Made by a program: the position numbers and the translations under genes
The notes under the pieces: generated by a model
Seen by the model: only the letters and a program-made list of their open reading frames with translations
Databases searched by the model: none
What the model was told of the DNA's origin: nothing
Shown: positions 18,104 through 29,100 of the stretch, one piece after another
How positions within the stretch are numbered: position 1 is the first letter of the stretch
How the letters are laid out: each line of letters starts with the position of its first letter
Source: a virus
Direction: 5' to 3' (one strand)
Length of the DNA: 64,000 nucleotides
Virus record (IMG/VR): IMGVR_UViG_3300010157_000047
Span: 26,773 to 90,772 of that record

Positions 18104-21100
18104 TTAACTACATTTGGTTTTAAATATATTATGATTTAATGCATATCTAAAGGATTCTCTTTCTATCTGACTTGCTTTGCCCAAGAAATCTCTTACGGTT
18201 CCAGATAATCCCTGACTATTATTTTCTTCTATTGATTGATATTTTGATGAAATATCTTTTTTTATTATATCTTTCTTTTTAGAATCTCTAGTATCCATTA
18301 ATTCACTAGTAAGTAACATATTTTGAAGCATTGCAGCCTCTAAGATACTTTTTGAATTAACACTATCTCCATTAAAAAATTTAACTATCGAATCAAAAAA
18401 TGATGAAAATTTAGAAAATAATGTTTCTAATAAAGATTTATTTTTTTTAACTTTTAATTCTTTATATGTTTCATCTTTAAGATATACATTATTCATTAAT
18501 TCTTGAATATGCTGTCTTGATGATAGTTCAGATATAAATTCTTCAGGACTAATAAACATATATAATGATCTTTTAAGTTCGGCTTTAGCGTCTTCATCAG
18601 AACCATATAAATCCGCAGCTATCTCAGATATGGAATTAGTTGATTTTCCACTTTTCAATTTATATTTTATCTTACCTTTTTTTACAAAAGTACCATAAAT
18701 TAATTGATTACCTTCATATTCAAGAATTGATCCATTAACAGGATTTACAATTGGCAATTCAGAAACAGCATCTGTTGCATCTGAAAATATCTTATCTACA
18801 CTATTAGCTATTTCGGCAAATTGCTTATCACCACTTTTCCCTAAATTATAAGATTCAACCATTATAGCATGATGAATTTCATGCAATAAAGTTTCTTTAG
18901 CAAAATCAATAGACCCTGTCTGATCCGTCATTTTACTAAGCATTTTAGTATAAATTATTATTTGCTTTTTACCCTTAGTTATATTAAATTCTGCTATATC
19001 TCCAGATTCTTTAATTTCATCGCTATGAATCACATTAATATCACCTATTTTATCTGATAATTTATCAATAATGGCAGACATCCAATCTGAATATGTAGTG
19101 CCAATTTGCCTTATAATTGGCACTAAAGAACGGATATTAGATTGTTCTGAAAGCATCTTTAAAAAGAATGTTTTTGCTATTGTAAAATCTTCAGAAAAAG
19201 AATCTATATCAGTTGTTCCACCAATATAATATTCTTTTGATATGTTGTCAGATACATAATCTGAAAAAAATGAATTATCAAATAATTTTCCAGATTGCTT
19301 TAATTTATTTTCTGCCATTATCTTAGCAGAACCCCTGAGTATTGAATGATCAGATTTTGTATAATATGCAACATATGATCCACCATCTTTTGCATATCCA
19401 CTATACACATAAATATTATTATGTTTTGATTTCTCTGAACTTTTAATAAAAAGAGGTATGTTTGCTAATGAAAATTTAGGACCAACAGATACAATATATT
19501 TACCAATTTTATCATTAAAATTAGATGGCATTGATTTAAATTTCACATCTTGATTTGATACAAAGGAATTTATTTCATGTTGATATTGGGGATTATTTCG
19601 ATAAAATAAATTAATAAATTCATTTACTGATGCATCTGAATTATTTTCATTTACTTTTTTAGCTAATTTATTGTAAAATTCAATATCATTTAATATATCA
19701 GTAGGTATTATTTTTATAAAACCAGATCTTGTCTTATTGCCATTAGTTAATAATTCATAAAATATAATACCTTGTGCAATTTTTCTAATTTTTTCATCTT
19801 GACTCTTAGCCATATCATAAAATCCATCAATTGCAGCTTCCATATCTGCATTATTTATCATGTCTGCATTAAATGATATATGAGTATTAGATTTATTTAT
19901 TGATATAGATCTAATAAATTTATTATTTTTATATTTATTATTTTTTTGCAATAATCGAACATCTCTAGCTAAATATTTACCAAGCTGATTTATATTTGCC
20001 TTAACACCATATTCCTCTGTTACTACTTTTGTGAATATATAAGTTTTATATCCATCTATTGCAGATGATACAAAATTTGAATAATCATTTGAATTCATTT
20101 TATTGTATGCAGACAATTTACTTATAATTGATTTTATTGCAGGATCATCATATCCCATTACGCTATCAATTTCATTAACAACGCCTTTTGCTGTTGCTAA
20201 ATTATTTCCAGTAGTATTTAATCTTCCATTTAATGTTTGAGTATATTTTTGACTATTCGCTAATCCTAAATTGTTATTTCCATGATTTATAGATTCCAAT
20301 AATTTAGAATTTGCAATAGAAGATGTTTTAAATTCCCTGTCAAATGAAGTATTATTATTAAGTGCAAATATTTTTTTTGACATTTTCGATAATGGCATAA
20401 ATATATTATCAATTATATCAATTTGCTTTGTCAAATATTCTAATTTCTCATCATATAATGCATCTACGTTTCCAAGTAATTTTTGTCCTAAATTATATAT
20501 TTCAAATAATTCAGATTCATCATAATTTAATGATTTCATCTTATCAGAAATACTTTGCGCATCAGAAAGTTTTACCCCCAATTTATCAGCAAGTTTCTGT
20601 TTTGCACGTAATACTGATTGACCTATTTCTATATTTTTAATTTCACTAATTATTCCTTTAGAATTTGATTCTATTTTAGAAGACATTTTAACTATCTCCT
20701 GATTAAGGATAGCTGGAACATATTCTAATGATAATGAATTATTTTGATCATCAGATAATATCATTAATGTTGCAGCAATATTGAATGTTAAATCATTTAG
20801 TCCATTAGGAATTAAGTTTCCATTTTTTGCATTATCAATTGATTCAGATAATAATATTACAATATTACGCAAAGAAGTTCTTTCTTCATCGCCTATTGTT
20901 GATGTTGAATATGGATTAATTAAATGCAATTCTAAACCATTTGATCCTCCTGGAGCCCTTAGTTTTTTAATTGATTTTTTAGGGTCAAATTTTATATCTT
21001 TTCTATCTGCAAGAATAACTGATGACATTAATTTTGCATAAATATCTATTCCGCTATTTGCAGATTGCTGAAGTCTGTACTCTTCATTTTGTCGTGCTAT

Positions 21101-24100
21101 AGAGTACCAAGGAGACTTTGGATTTATTGAGAAATACTTATTACCAGTATTCTTTAAATCAGGTGCATCTAGAGCTTCTAATGCACTTTGAGCAACTTCT
21201 GGATGGCTAAGTACTGATTCAAAAATTTGAATATAATCATTTTGCAATGCTTTTTCAACTACTGTATTAAAATCTGGTTTATTTTCATCTTCAAAATTAT
21301 CATTAATGAAAGAATTTACATTATCATTATTTATAATAATATCACCATCTTCAGTGTATGAGATAAGATTTGATGGAGTACCTACCAATCTATTATCTTT
21401 TGTAAGAAATGAATTTCTCCAATACTGATACAATTTATCAATATCAAAGTCGGCACCTGTTTGAGTTACAATTTCTTGAGGAACAAAACATACAGTGCCC
21501 ATTAATTTAGGGGAAAATCCAACTATTTGAAATAGCACCTGAGATTGATGAAGCTGATTTGGAAGCCTCATACCAATTATTTTAAGTAATTCTGGATCTA
21601 TTTTATTAACATCCTCAATGCTAAGTTTTCCACCCATTGATACAAAATCAAAAGGTACAATTATTTCAGCTGTTGCAGTTGTGACTAATTCTCCATTTTC
21701 CATTGTTTTAACAGTTGTATATCCAAGAGGTTTGCTAGCATCCCTTCCATTTAACCATACAACGTCATTTCCTGCCTTTGAAGACATAACCTTAACTTTG
21801 CCTCCACCAACCAATGAAAATTGAGGATTTGCCCTTCCAGGACGATCTAATTTAATTGCATCTCCATTAGCTGAAAATAAAAATTGTTCAATCAACTTTC
21901 TTCCATGTGACCATAGGAGAGGCAATCCACTTTTATTTACAGATACTAACGAATGGGCCTCATTATTAGATACACCAGAATCAGCCTTGATTGACCTATC
22001 TACAATGCTATCAATATCATATTTTCCATCAATTTTAAGTCTAGCATCAATATTAGCTTTAGCCCTTTTAGATAATTCAATATTTATGGCATGCTTTATA
22101 TTGTCAAGATTTTCTCCGCTTATTGCATTGGATCCATTGAAATCTTTAAAATTAAAAACCTTATCATATAAGCCTCCAAGTATTGATTTATCAGCTTGCA
22201 CTACATTGGTAATATATTCATCTCCAAAGTGAGTTGGAGTTTCTTGTTGATAACCAAAGCTTGACCACGGCAATTCTTCTGAGCTTTGAGATATTTTTTC
22301 ATATATAGATTGAACAGTTGATCCAGTGACAAAATTAGATTGTTTACCATATATTTTAGCAGGAGTTTGTAATCCCTGCTTAACTGCTGATGCGTGAACT
22401 ATTCTACTAATATGAATGTCTTTAGATGGATCTTCATTGTAGCCTACTTCCATTGCAGCACGAAGATTATCTAAGTCTTCATTTATTGATTTTGTAAATT
22501 GAGCTAATAATGGAATTTCAGCTGATTTTATAAATACTTTGCTAACAACAGACTCTGCACCTATAGATTTAACTAAATGTGCAACTTGTCTAGGCTTCCC
22601 TGCTCCAATAAATAATTTACCAATATATTTGTCTGCAACTGTTCCATCTGCTTGATATTGTCTTCTCATTAAAATAAAATCTTTTTCATTAATCCTTCCA
22701 GATCTAAATAAAGATTCTAATTTATTGTAAAATGAAACATATTCCATTCCATCAGTTCCTTTTCCAGTATATTGTTTTATTTGTTTTTGGAATTTTTCTG
22801 GCAATGAAGACAAATATTTTTCACCATCAGTCAACGCATCTTCAATAAATGAAACTTTATAATTTTGCTTTCCAGTAATTACTAATCCATTTTTTAATTT
22901 TATTTCATATGTAGAAACAACATCTGTTGCAGGAGATATATCAGCAGATAATCGTTTTTGATATTCATTCATAAACGAATCTATTGCCAAATTAATAGAT
23001 AGCCCATTAACATCAGCTACATTCATTTCTTTCAAAACTTTTTTGACAGCTGATACTTTGCTCTCAAGAGACTGCTGTGATGTTGCAGGATCAGATGAGG
23101 CTATAATCCCCATATTACCCATAACAGAAAAAGTATTCATATTAGATTCAATAGACAATACAGATAAAACTCTTAGCATTTCATCATTAAAAGCGGTATT
23201 GCCAGATAATGTTTTTAATGCCATAGATATTTTTCTAGACTGCTTTGTATTTGCTCCTGAATTTTCCAATAGCTGCAATGTACGAAATGGATTAAGTAGC
23301 TTTATATCATTTTCAGGAATATTTAATATTTTAGATAAATACGAATAATCTTCATCCGAAATTAATTCTGATTTTTTAACTAATTGATTTGCTGCTTCTC
23401 CTGATGCATCATCTAATTGAGACTCATCTATTTGAGATTCATCAAATTCAATTTCATCTTCATTTACAGTAGCATTTGTTTTAGATTTTTTTGTTATGAA
23501 AGGAGCATATCCTTTAGAGACTCCCCATTTATAATTTATTAAATTAGTAAACATTTTTCCTTTTCCTGCAACAACTAATCCATTTGCCTTCCAAGAAGAA
23601 ATATCTGTGCTTATTGATTCTATAAAATTTTTATATAATGCTTCTTTAAATAAAATTTCATTTGTTGAATTAGATAAATCTAATTTCTTAAGACCTTTTT
23701 CACTTATTGTTCCATCTGCATTTCTATCTATCAATGAATTTAAAGATGCCATTGAATAAAAAAACTGAGAATTATAAATATAATTTTTACCAAATATTCT
23801 TTCTAACTCTTTTGCTTTATTTTTATATGTTGTAGTGTTAGAATTATCTTTATTTGTTACAGCAAAAATCATTCTGTCAATTTCTGCAGCAATAACACTC
23901 ATTGAATCATGCATTAAATCACTTTGCATAATCCTAGCTTTAGCTCTAGGTGATATTATTAAATTACCATTATCATACGATATAAAATCTGTAAGTGCAA
24001 TTTTATTTCTTTCAGCTTCTATTGTATATGTGACTTCAAATTCTTTTCTTGGAACTTTAAATGATGGAGATTTTTTCTTGTCAGATTTAGTAGTATCTAA

Positions 24101-26104
24101 TATTCTAGTATATTTTTCTCCACCAGACTGAAATGCCTGCAATGCGCTAAATGTCAAATCAACTTCATTTAAATCATTTCTAGTTTTTCCATTATTAGAT
24201 CCAAAAGATTTTAATCCGTAATTTTCTTCATATGAAAATATTCTATTAAAATTTTCACTTCCAAATCCATCTTTACCAAACATTGACAATTTACGCAATC
24301 CTATTGAATTTGCTATAGAATTTCTAAAGGATTCATTATTTAATAATTTTTTAAATAAATTATCATTAGGAGTTGGTTGATTATAATTATAGCGCATTCC
24401 ATTAGATCCACTAGTTTTTACGCCAGCAAATGAATTTGAAAAATATCTATTGCTATTTTTACCTTCAATGCCAGATAAAAATCTAAATGAAGTTTGATTT
24501 AAATCATCAATAAATTTATCAACAACAGATTCTGCAGATAAATTTTCTATTGATGATTTATTAAATTCAGACATTATTGTTGCTATAGATCCAAATACAC
24601 CACTTTTTGTATGTGCCTTGTCGAATGACCTAGCTGATAAATTATATCCATTTTTAGTACTATATAGTTCTTTATCTCCATCCTTAAGCGCATTAAATGT
24701 ATCATTAGAAATTTCCACTCCAAGTTGATTCATCATTGTTTTTGCTAAAGATTCAATATTTGAATATTTATCATCTTTAGATTTCTTGAGACTTACATCT
24801 TTTGCATTATCAATAAATTCATTTCCTAAATCATTTATATATGAAATAATTCTATCTGGATTTTCATCTAATCTAGAGGAAATTATATCTAAAGAATTAG
24901 TTATATCTGAATTCCATATTCTAGCTACTACTTTGCCTACATTTCCACTGTTAGCATCTCCAACATTTGTTTTTGATGCATCTAATTCATTAAATGATAT
25001 TTGTACAAAATTATTTCTAATTTTATTTAATGATACTTCAAATTGAATTTTTCGTTGAACACTACTATTATCCATTATATTATATACTTGATCAAATAAA
25101 TTGTCTGCTGGATGTCGCTTAGATTCATTTAATATCAATTGCTTCATACCATCAAATGTATTATCAGTACCCGAAGTAAGTGTCATTAAAACCTGCTTAT
25201 ATACATATGATTGGTCTAATAATTGAGATACGCCAAGATTATTTTTACCATAATCCAATAATCCCATAAACATAGCCTTTATGCTTGTAGCTGAGAAATC
25301 TTTAGGATCTTTACCCAAAGAATCATCTGCATCAAATGTTCTTTCAGTTATATCATTTTTTTCAGTCTCCTCTAGATTTAAATTTTCTAAGTCTGCATTT
25401 TCTGAATTTAAATCAATATTAGGGGATGATCTTAATTTCTTTTTATTTTTAGATCTAATACGTATTCCATTCAATTCCAATGAATTAACTGCTTCTTTTT
25501 GCAAAGATTGCCATGCCATAGGATCTAATATTCTATCATAAGATCTAATTGCAGAATCATATCTATCAATCAATCTGGAATCATCTTCTGTTTTATTTTT
25601 TTTATTAGATAAGGATAATTTTCTTTGAAGTATGGTTTCTTTTAATGCACTAATATTTTCTTTTGCTTTATTAAAAATTTCTAGTAAATTAGGAGATCTA
25701 TTTTCTATAAAAGCAGCAGTAACTCCAACCAATATGCTATCTACACCAGCACGTTTTTCTGTTAAATTAAGAGTTTCTCCATTAGAGGTTTTAATTCGTG
25801 ATGAAAAATCTTTTTTGGGTCTATTGTTGGATTGATCTGGGCTATATTTATAAGATAAATCTTCTTGATTCTTCATGTTATTATATGCGGAATCAAGATC
25901 TTCCTCAGATAATGATTTGAGTATAAGCTTTTTAATGTTTTCATTTAACTTTTCAAAATCGCTTATAAATGGTAATCCATTATTAGAAACATTGCCATTA
26001 GTTTTATTCCATATATAATATGCTAAATTAATATCTCCTAATCTATTATGAAGATTTAGAAATGATTCATGATTAACATTGGGACATATTATTTTCTTTG
26101 CCAT
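18104..26104 (-). CDS. Virion-packaged single-chain double-psi beta-barrel RNA polymerase (crAss-like, phi14:2 gp66-type) with a C-terminal zincin-like domain
   Basis: IIGMRLPNQ, QTGADFDIDKLY (about 21435-21460), SESIDNAKN; LLHEIHHA...PEEFISE near the C-terminus (about 18870). Confidence 0.92.
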   Translation of the reverse strand: MAKKIICPNVNHESFLNLHNRLGDINLAYYIWNKTNGNVSNNGLPFISDFEKLNENIKKLILKSLSEEDLDSAYNNMKNQEDLSYKYSPDQSNNRPKKDFSSRIKTSNGETLNLTEKRAGVDSILVGVTAAFIENRSPNLLEIFNKAKENISALKETILQRKLSLSNKKNKTEDDSRLIDRYDSAIRSYDRILDPMAWQSLQKEAVNSLELNGIRIRSKNKKKLRSSPNIDLNSENADLENLNLEETEKNDITERTFDADDSLGKDPKDFSATSIKAMFMGLLDYGKNNLGVSQLLDQSYVYKQVLMTLTSGTDNTFDGMKQLILNESKRHPADNLFDQVYNIMDNSSVQRKIQFEVSLNKIRNNFVQISFNELDASKTNVGDANSGNVGKVVARIWNSDITNSLDIISSRLDENPDRIISYINDLGNEFIDNAKDVSLKKSKDDKYSNIESLAKTMMNQLGVEISNDTFNALKDGDKELYSTKNGYNLSARSFDKAHTKSGVFGSIATIMSEFNKSSIENLSAESVVDKFIDDLNQTSFRFLSGIEGKNSNRYFSNSFAGVKTSGSNGMRYNYNQPTPNDNLFKKLLNNESFRNSIANSIGLRKLSMFGKDGFGSENFNRIFSYEENYGLKSFGSNNGKTRNDLNEVDLTFSALQAFQSGGEKYTRILDTTKSDKKKSPSFKVPRKEFEVTYTIEAERNKIALTDFISYDNGNLIISPRAKARIMQSDLMHDSMSVIAAEIDRMIFAVTNKDNSNTTTYKNKAKELERIFGKNYIYNSQFFYSMASLNSLIDRNADGTISEKGLKKLDLSNSTNEILFKEALYKNFIESISTDISSWKANGLVVAGKGKMFTNLINYKWGVSKGYAPFITKKSKTNATVNEDEIEFDESQIDESQLDDASGEAANQLVKKSELISDEDYSYLSKILNIPENDIKLLNPFRTLQLLENSGANTKQSRKISMALKTLSGNTAFNDEMLRVLSVLSIESNMNTFSVMGNMGIIASSDPATSQQSLESKVSAVKKVLKEMNVADVNGLSINLAIDSFMNEYQKRLSADISPATDVVSTYEIKLKNGLVITGKQNYKVSFIEDALTDGEKYLSSLPEKFQKQIKQYTGKGTDGMEYVSFYNKLESLFRSGRINEKDFILMRRQYQADGTVADKYIGKLFIGAGKPRQVAHLVKSIGAESVVSKVFIKSAEIPLLAQFTKSINEDLDNLRAAMEVGYNEDPSKDIHISRIVHASAVKQGLQTPAKIYGKQSNFVTGSTVQSIYEKISQSSEELPWSSFGYQQETPTHFGDEYITNVVQADKSILGGLYDKVFNFKDFNGSNAISGENLDNIKHAINIELSKRAKANIDARLKIDGKYDIDSIVDRSIKADSGVSNNEAHSLVSVNKSGLPLLWSHGRKLIEQFLFSANGDAIKLDRPGRANPQFSLVGGGKVKVMSSKAGNDVVWLNGRDASKPLGYTTVKTMENGELVTTATAEIIVPFDFVSMGGKLSIEDVNKIDPELLKIIGMRLPNQLHQSQVLFQIVGFSPKLMGTVCFVPQEIVTQTGADFDIDKLYQYWRNSFLTKDNRLVGTPSNLISYTEDGDIIINNDNVNSFINDNFEDENKPDFNTVVEKALQNDYIQIFESVLSHPEVAQSALEALDAPDLKNTGNKYFSINPKSPWYSIARQNEEYRLQQSANSGIDIYAKLMSSVILADRKDIKFDPKKSIKKLRAPGGSNGLELHLINPYSTSTIGDEERTSLRNIVILLSESIDNAKNGNLIPNGLNDLTFNIAATLMILSDDQNNSLSLEYVPAILNQEIVKMSSKIESNSKGIISEIKNIEIGQSVLRAKQKLADKLGVKLSDAQSISDKMKSLNYDESELFEIYNLGQKLLGNVDALYDEKLEYLTKQIDIIDNIFMPLSKMSKKIFALNNNTSFDREFKTSSIANSKLLESINHGNNNLGLANSQKYTQTLNGRLNTTGNNLATAKGVVNEIDSVMGYDDPAIKSIISKLSAYNKMNSNDYSNFVSSAIDGYKTYIFTKVVTEEYGVKANINQLGKYLARDVRLLQKNNKYKNNKFIRSISINKSNTHISFNADMINNADMEAAIDGFYDMAKSQDEKIRKIAQGIIFYELLTNGNKTRSGFIKIIPTDILNDIEFYNKLAKKVNENNSDASVNEFINLFYRNNPQYQHEINSFVSNQDVKFKSMPSNFNDKIGKYIVSVGPKFSLANIPLFIKSSEKSKHNNIYVYSGYAKDGGSYVAYYTKSDHSILRGSAKIMAENKLKQSGKLFDNSFFSDYVSDNISKEYYIGGTTDIDSFSEDFTIAKTFFLKMLSEQSNIRSLVPIIRQIGTTYSDWMSAIIDKLSDKIGDINVIHSDEIKESGDIAEFNITKGKKQIIIYTKMLSKMTDQTGSIDFAKETLLHEIHHAIMVESYNLGKSGDKQFAEIANSVDKIFSDATDAVSELPIVNPVNGSILEYEGNQLIYGTFVKKGKIKYKLKSGKSTNSISEIAADLYGSDEDAKAELKRSLYMFISPEEFISELSSRQHIQELMNNVYLKDETYKELKVKKNKSLLETLFSKFSSFFDSIVKFFNGDSVNSKSILEAAMLQNMLLTSELMDTRDSKKKDIIKKDISSKYQSIEENNSQGLSGTVRDFLGKASQIERESFRYALNHNIFKTKCS

Positions 26105-26110
26105 ATTATA

Positions 26111-29100
26111 TTATTTAATACAATTTAATAAATTATCTTCACCTTCACTCTGTTCAGTACTATCTATATTATCATCAATACTTATTGATTTTGAAAATCC
26201 ATAATCAGTAACAGATGATTTAACATTATCTGAAAATAAATCATTATCTGCATCTTCAGTATAACTAGAGTCAGATGATGTGTTAATGCTTCCTGCAAGA
26301 AAATCGGGTATTTGCATAATAATGTTGTCTTCATCGATAATAGTAGGAGCCTGAGTTTCCCCAGGCTCACTAGCTTTTAGCACTTGCCTTTTTTCTTTGT
26401 TGGCATTGCTGGTTGGAACGGTTTTTTTGTTACTTGCTTTTTCATTGCTTTTTGATTTTAATCGTGAAACACTAGAACCTGTTGTTAAGATTATATTAGA
26501 CGTATGTATGGCTCTTTCTAAACTTGAAGTTATTATTAATGGAGTAGCGCCTATTTGCTTGCCAAGATCGGCAGCCTGAGATTCACCAAGTTTTGTTAAT
26601 TTAGTATCATCTGATCTAAAATTATTCTTTTTATTATCTTCTGTTTCTCCATGCCTTGCAATATTTAAAATACCATTATCACTATTTATTTTAAATGATG
26701 CACCAGTATTGCTATCTAATTTTATATATTCTTTTCTAAAATTTTCATCAAATTTAGATGGTCTACCCATTGAATCCCATAGCCTAATAAGTCCAAATGC
26801 AGTATTATGAGTTACAATAGTAGAATTATTAGGAGCAGATTTAATTGCTTTAATTAATGATGATTTAACTCTATGTGCAAATGTATTAAATGATTCACCT
26901 CCATGTATTGCATCATTAGGATGATTAAGAATCATGTCGTTAACTTCATCAATTATATCTTGATTTTGATCAGTACCTACTAAATCTCCTAAATCAAATG
27001 TTTTAAGATTATCATCAGGAGTAATATTATTTGATATTGGAGAAATAGTTTCTTTAGATCCAATTTGATCATCAACACTAAACTCTAATACTGGTTGTAA
27101 AAAATATACATTTTTCTCAGATTCACCTGATCCAATTTTTCCAGCAGCTTTAAAATTAATTGATCTACTTTTCATATAAAAATCACTAATAGATTTTGCT
27201 AATTCAGAATGACTTAAATCGTCATTTATAATTACTACGCTATTAGGTACGCTTTTATGATAATCATTCTTGAGATGCTCACGACTAAAATTGCTTTTCA
27301 TTCCAGCAAAATCTGATACTAATAAATTTGCTAGCTCAGTGCTAATTTTTTCATTTTCATTTATAATTTTACGCTTACCATTACTCGACCATGTTAAATA
27401 AAACTTACCATTATTTTTTGTTGAATACCCTAAATTAGCCTGAGCCAATTTATGATCACTGATCCAAACAAATTGAGATAAATACTCTCTAAGACCAGCT
27501 CGTCGTATCCTTCTCATGCCATCATCGGTAGATTCATTCATTGGAGCATTTTTTCTATCATGCCATCTGGCACCAAGATCATATAATATATCTTTAGTAT
27601 TCTGAGATTGAAATAATGATATTGCATTTAATATTGAAGATGCATTTTGTACTCCAACACCATTATCAATAGCCACCTCTGGAGATAATAATCCATTTGC
27701 AGTTGGAACCATAACAACTGGAACACCATTTTCTAATTCAGTTCTAATAGAATCAGGTACTTGATTTCCATCTATACCAACTGCTTCTCCTCCTTCAATA
27801 GTTGCCCATAATCTGCTTGGATCTCCAGTGTATTTAGCTACATCTAATGCTAAATCAGGAGCATTATCCATAATCATTCCAGCAGTTTCAGTTGCCATGA
27901 CTGTACCAGCTCCTACAGCAGTTATTTTAGATTGTATATTAAATGTTTTATTTCCTTTATTGAATTGCTTTTTAAATTCTTCCCTTAATTGCTTTATCTC
28001 TTCAACTTTAGCTCTAATAGTTTTTTCGTCTTCAACTTCTGCTATATGGGTTCTAGATCCAGAATCATCCTTTTCATTAAGCCACATATGCTCTGGAAGA
28101 TATCCAATTAAATCTTTTTTGCCATTAGATAATATATATATAGCAATTGGCATTTCAAATTTATTTGCATCACCATATTGCTTATTGTCCTTAGCGGCTT
28201 CTTCTGCAGATATAGTTTTTGTTTTCATTGTTCCATCTGCATTCATAATTGGTCTACCGCTGCTATTTCTTGCTATCGATGGAATTGGACCATCGGCAAT
28301 CTCCATAACTATATCTGCATGTTCAGTAAATTCTATATCTGAATTTTTTAGAAACTGATTATTAACGCCTTCTGGCTTGTTTTTCATTACCCATAAATCA
28401 CCAACCTTAACAAATGAATATTTCAATGCAAGGTAATTAACGGCAATAGCATTTATTCTTTTTTTACCAGATGACAGCGTTTTATCTTGAATATCTTTTT
28501 TTATAATAGTGGCTTTAGATCTTCTATCATTAAGATTAGATCTAGCATTTGATTTTTCCTCAACTGAATTAGATATAACTTCTTGGGCTTTTTCAGATGC
28601 AGTATATACGCCACGTTTTCTATATTCAGATTCAATATCTACATTTTCGCCATTATCAATTCTATCTAATACATCTTGAACCGTATTAATGTCTACTTTA
28701 AAATTGCCAATAGTTAGAGTTACGGGACTCTTAGCATCAGCAAATTTATTATCTATATTAGATAACTTTCCAGTTCCAAAATCTTTTTCTGAAGATAAAC
28801 CTTCTCTATAGGATTCTATTGAATTATTTAATCTAACTGCTCTTTGCGATATATCAAATAAAGCATCATCATCTGAAGTAGCTTTCTTAATATAATTTAA
28901 ATTTAATTTACTTCCAGTAGGATTAGGCTCTAATGAAAAATATCTATCATCAGATTTCTTAGCTCCTTCTTCTTTGAATAAATGGATAGATGGATTTTCA
29001 TAGTCAAAATTATCCCCAGTAATATCTTTAAATGATTTATCAGATATTTGAGTTTGAGATCTTCCTCTCTCAACTATATTGCCATCTTCATCTTCAGTTT

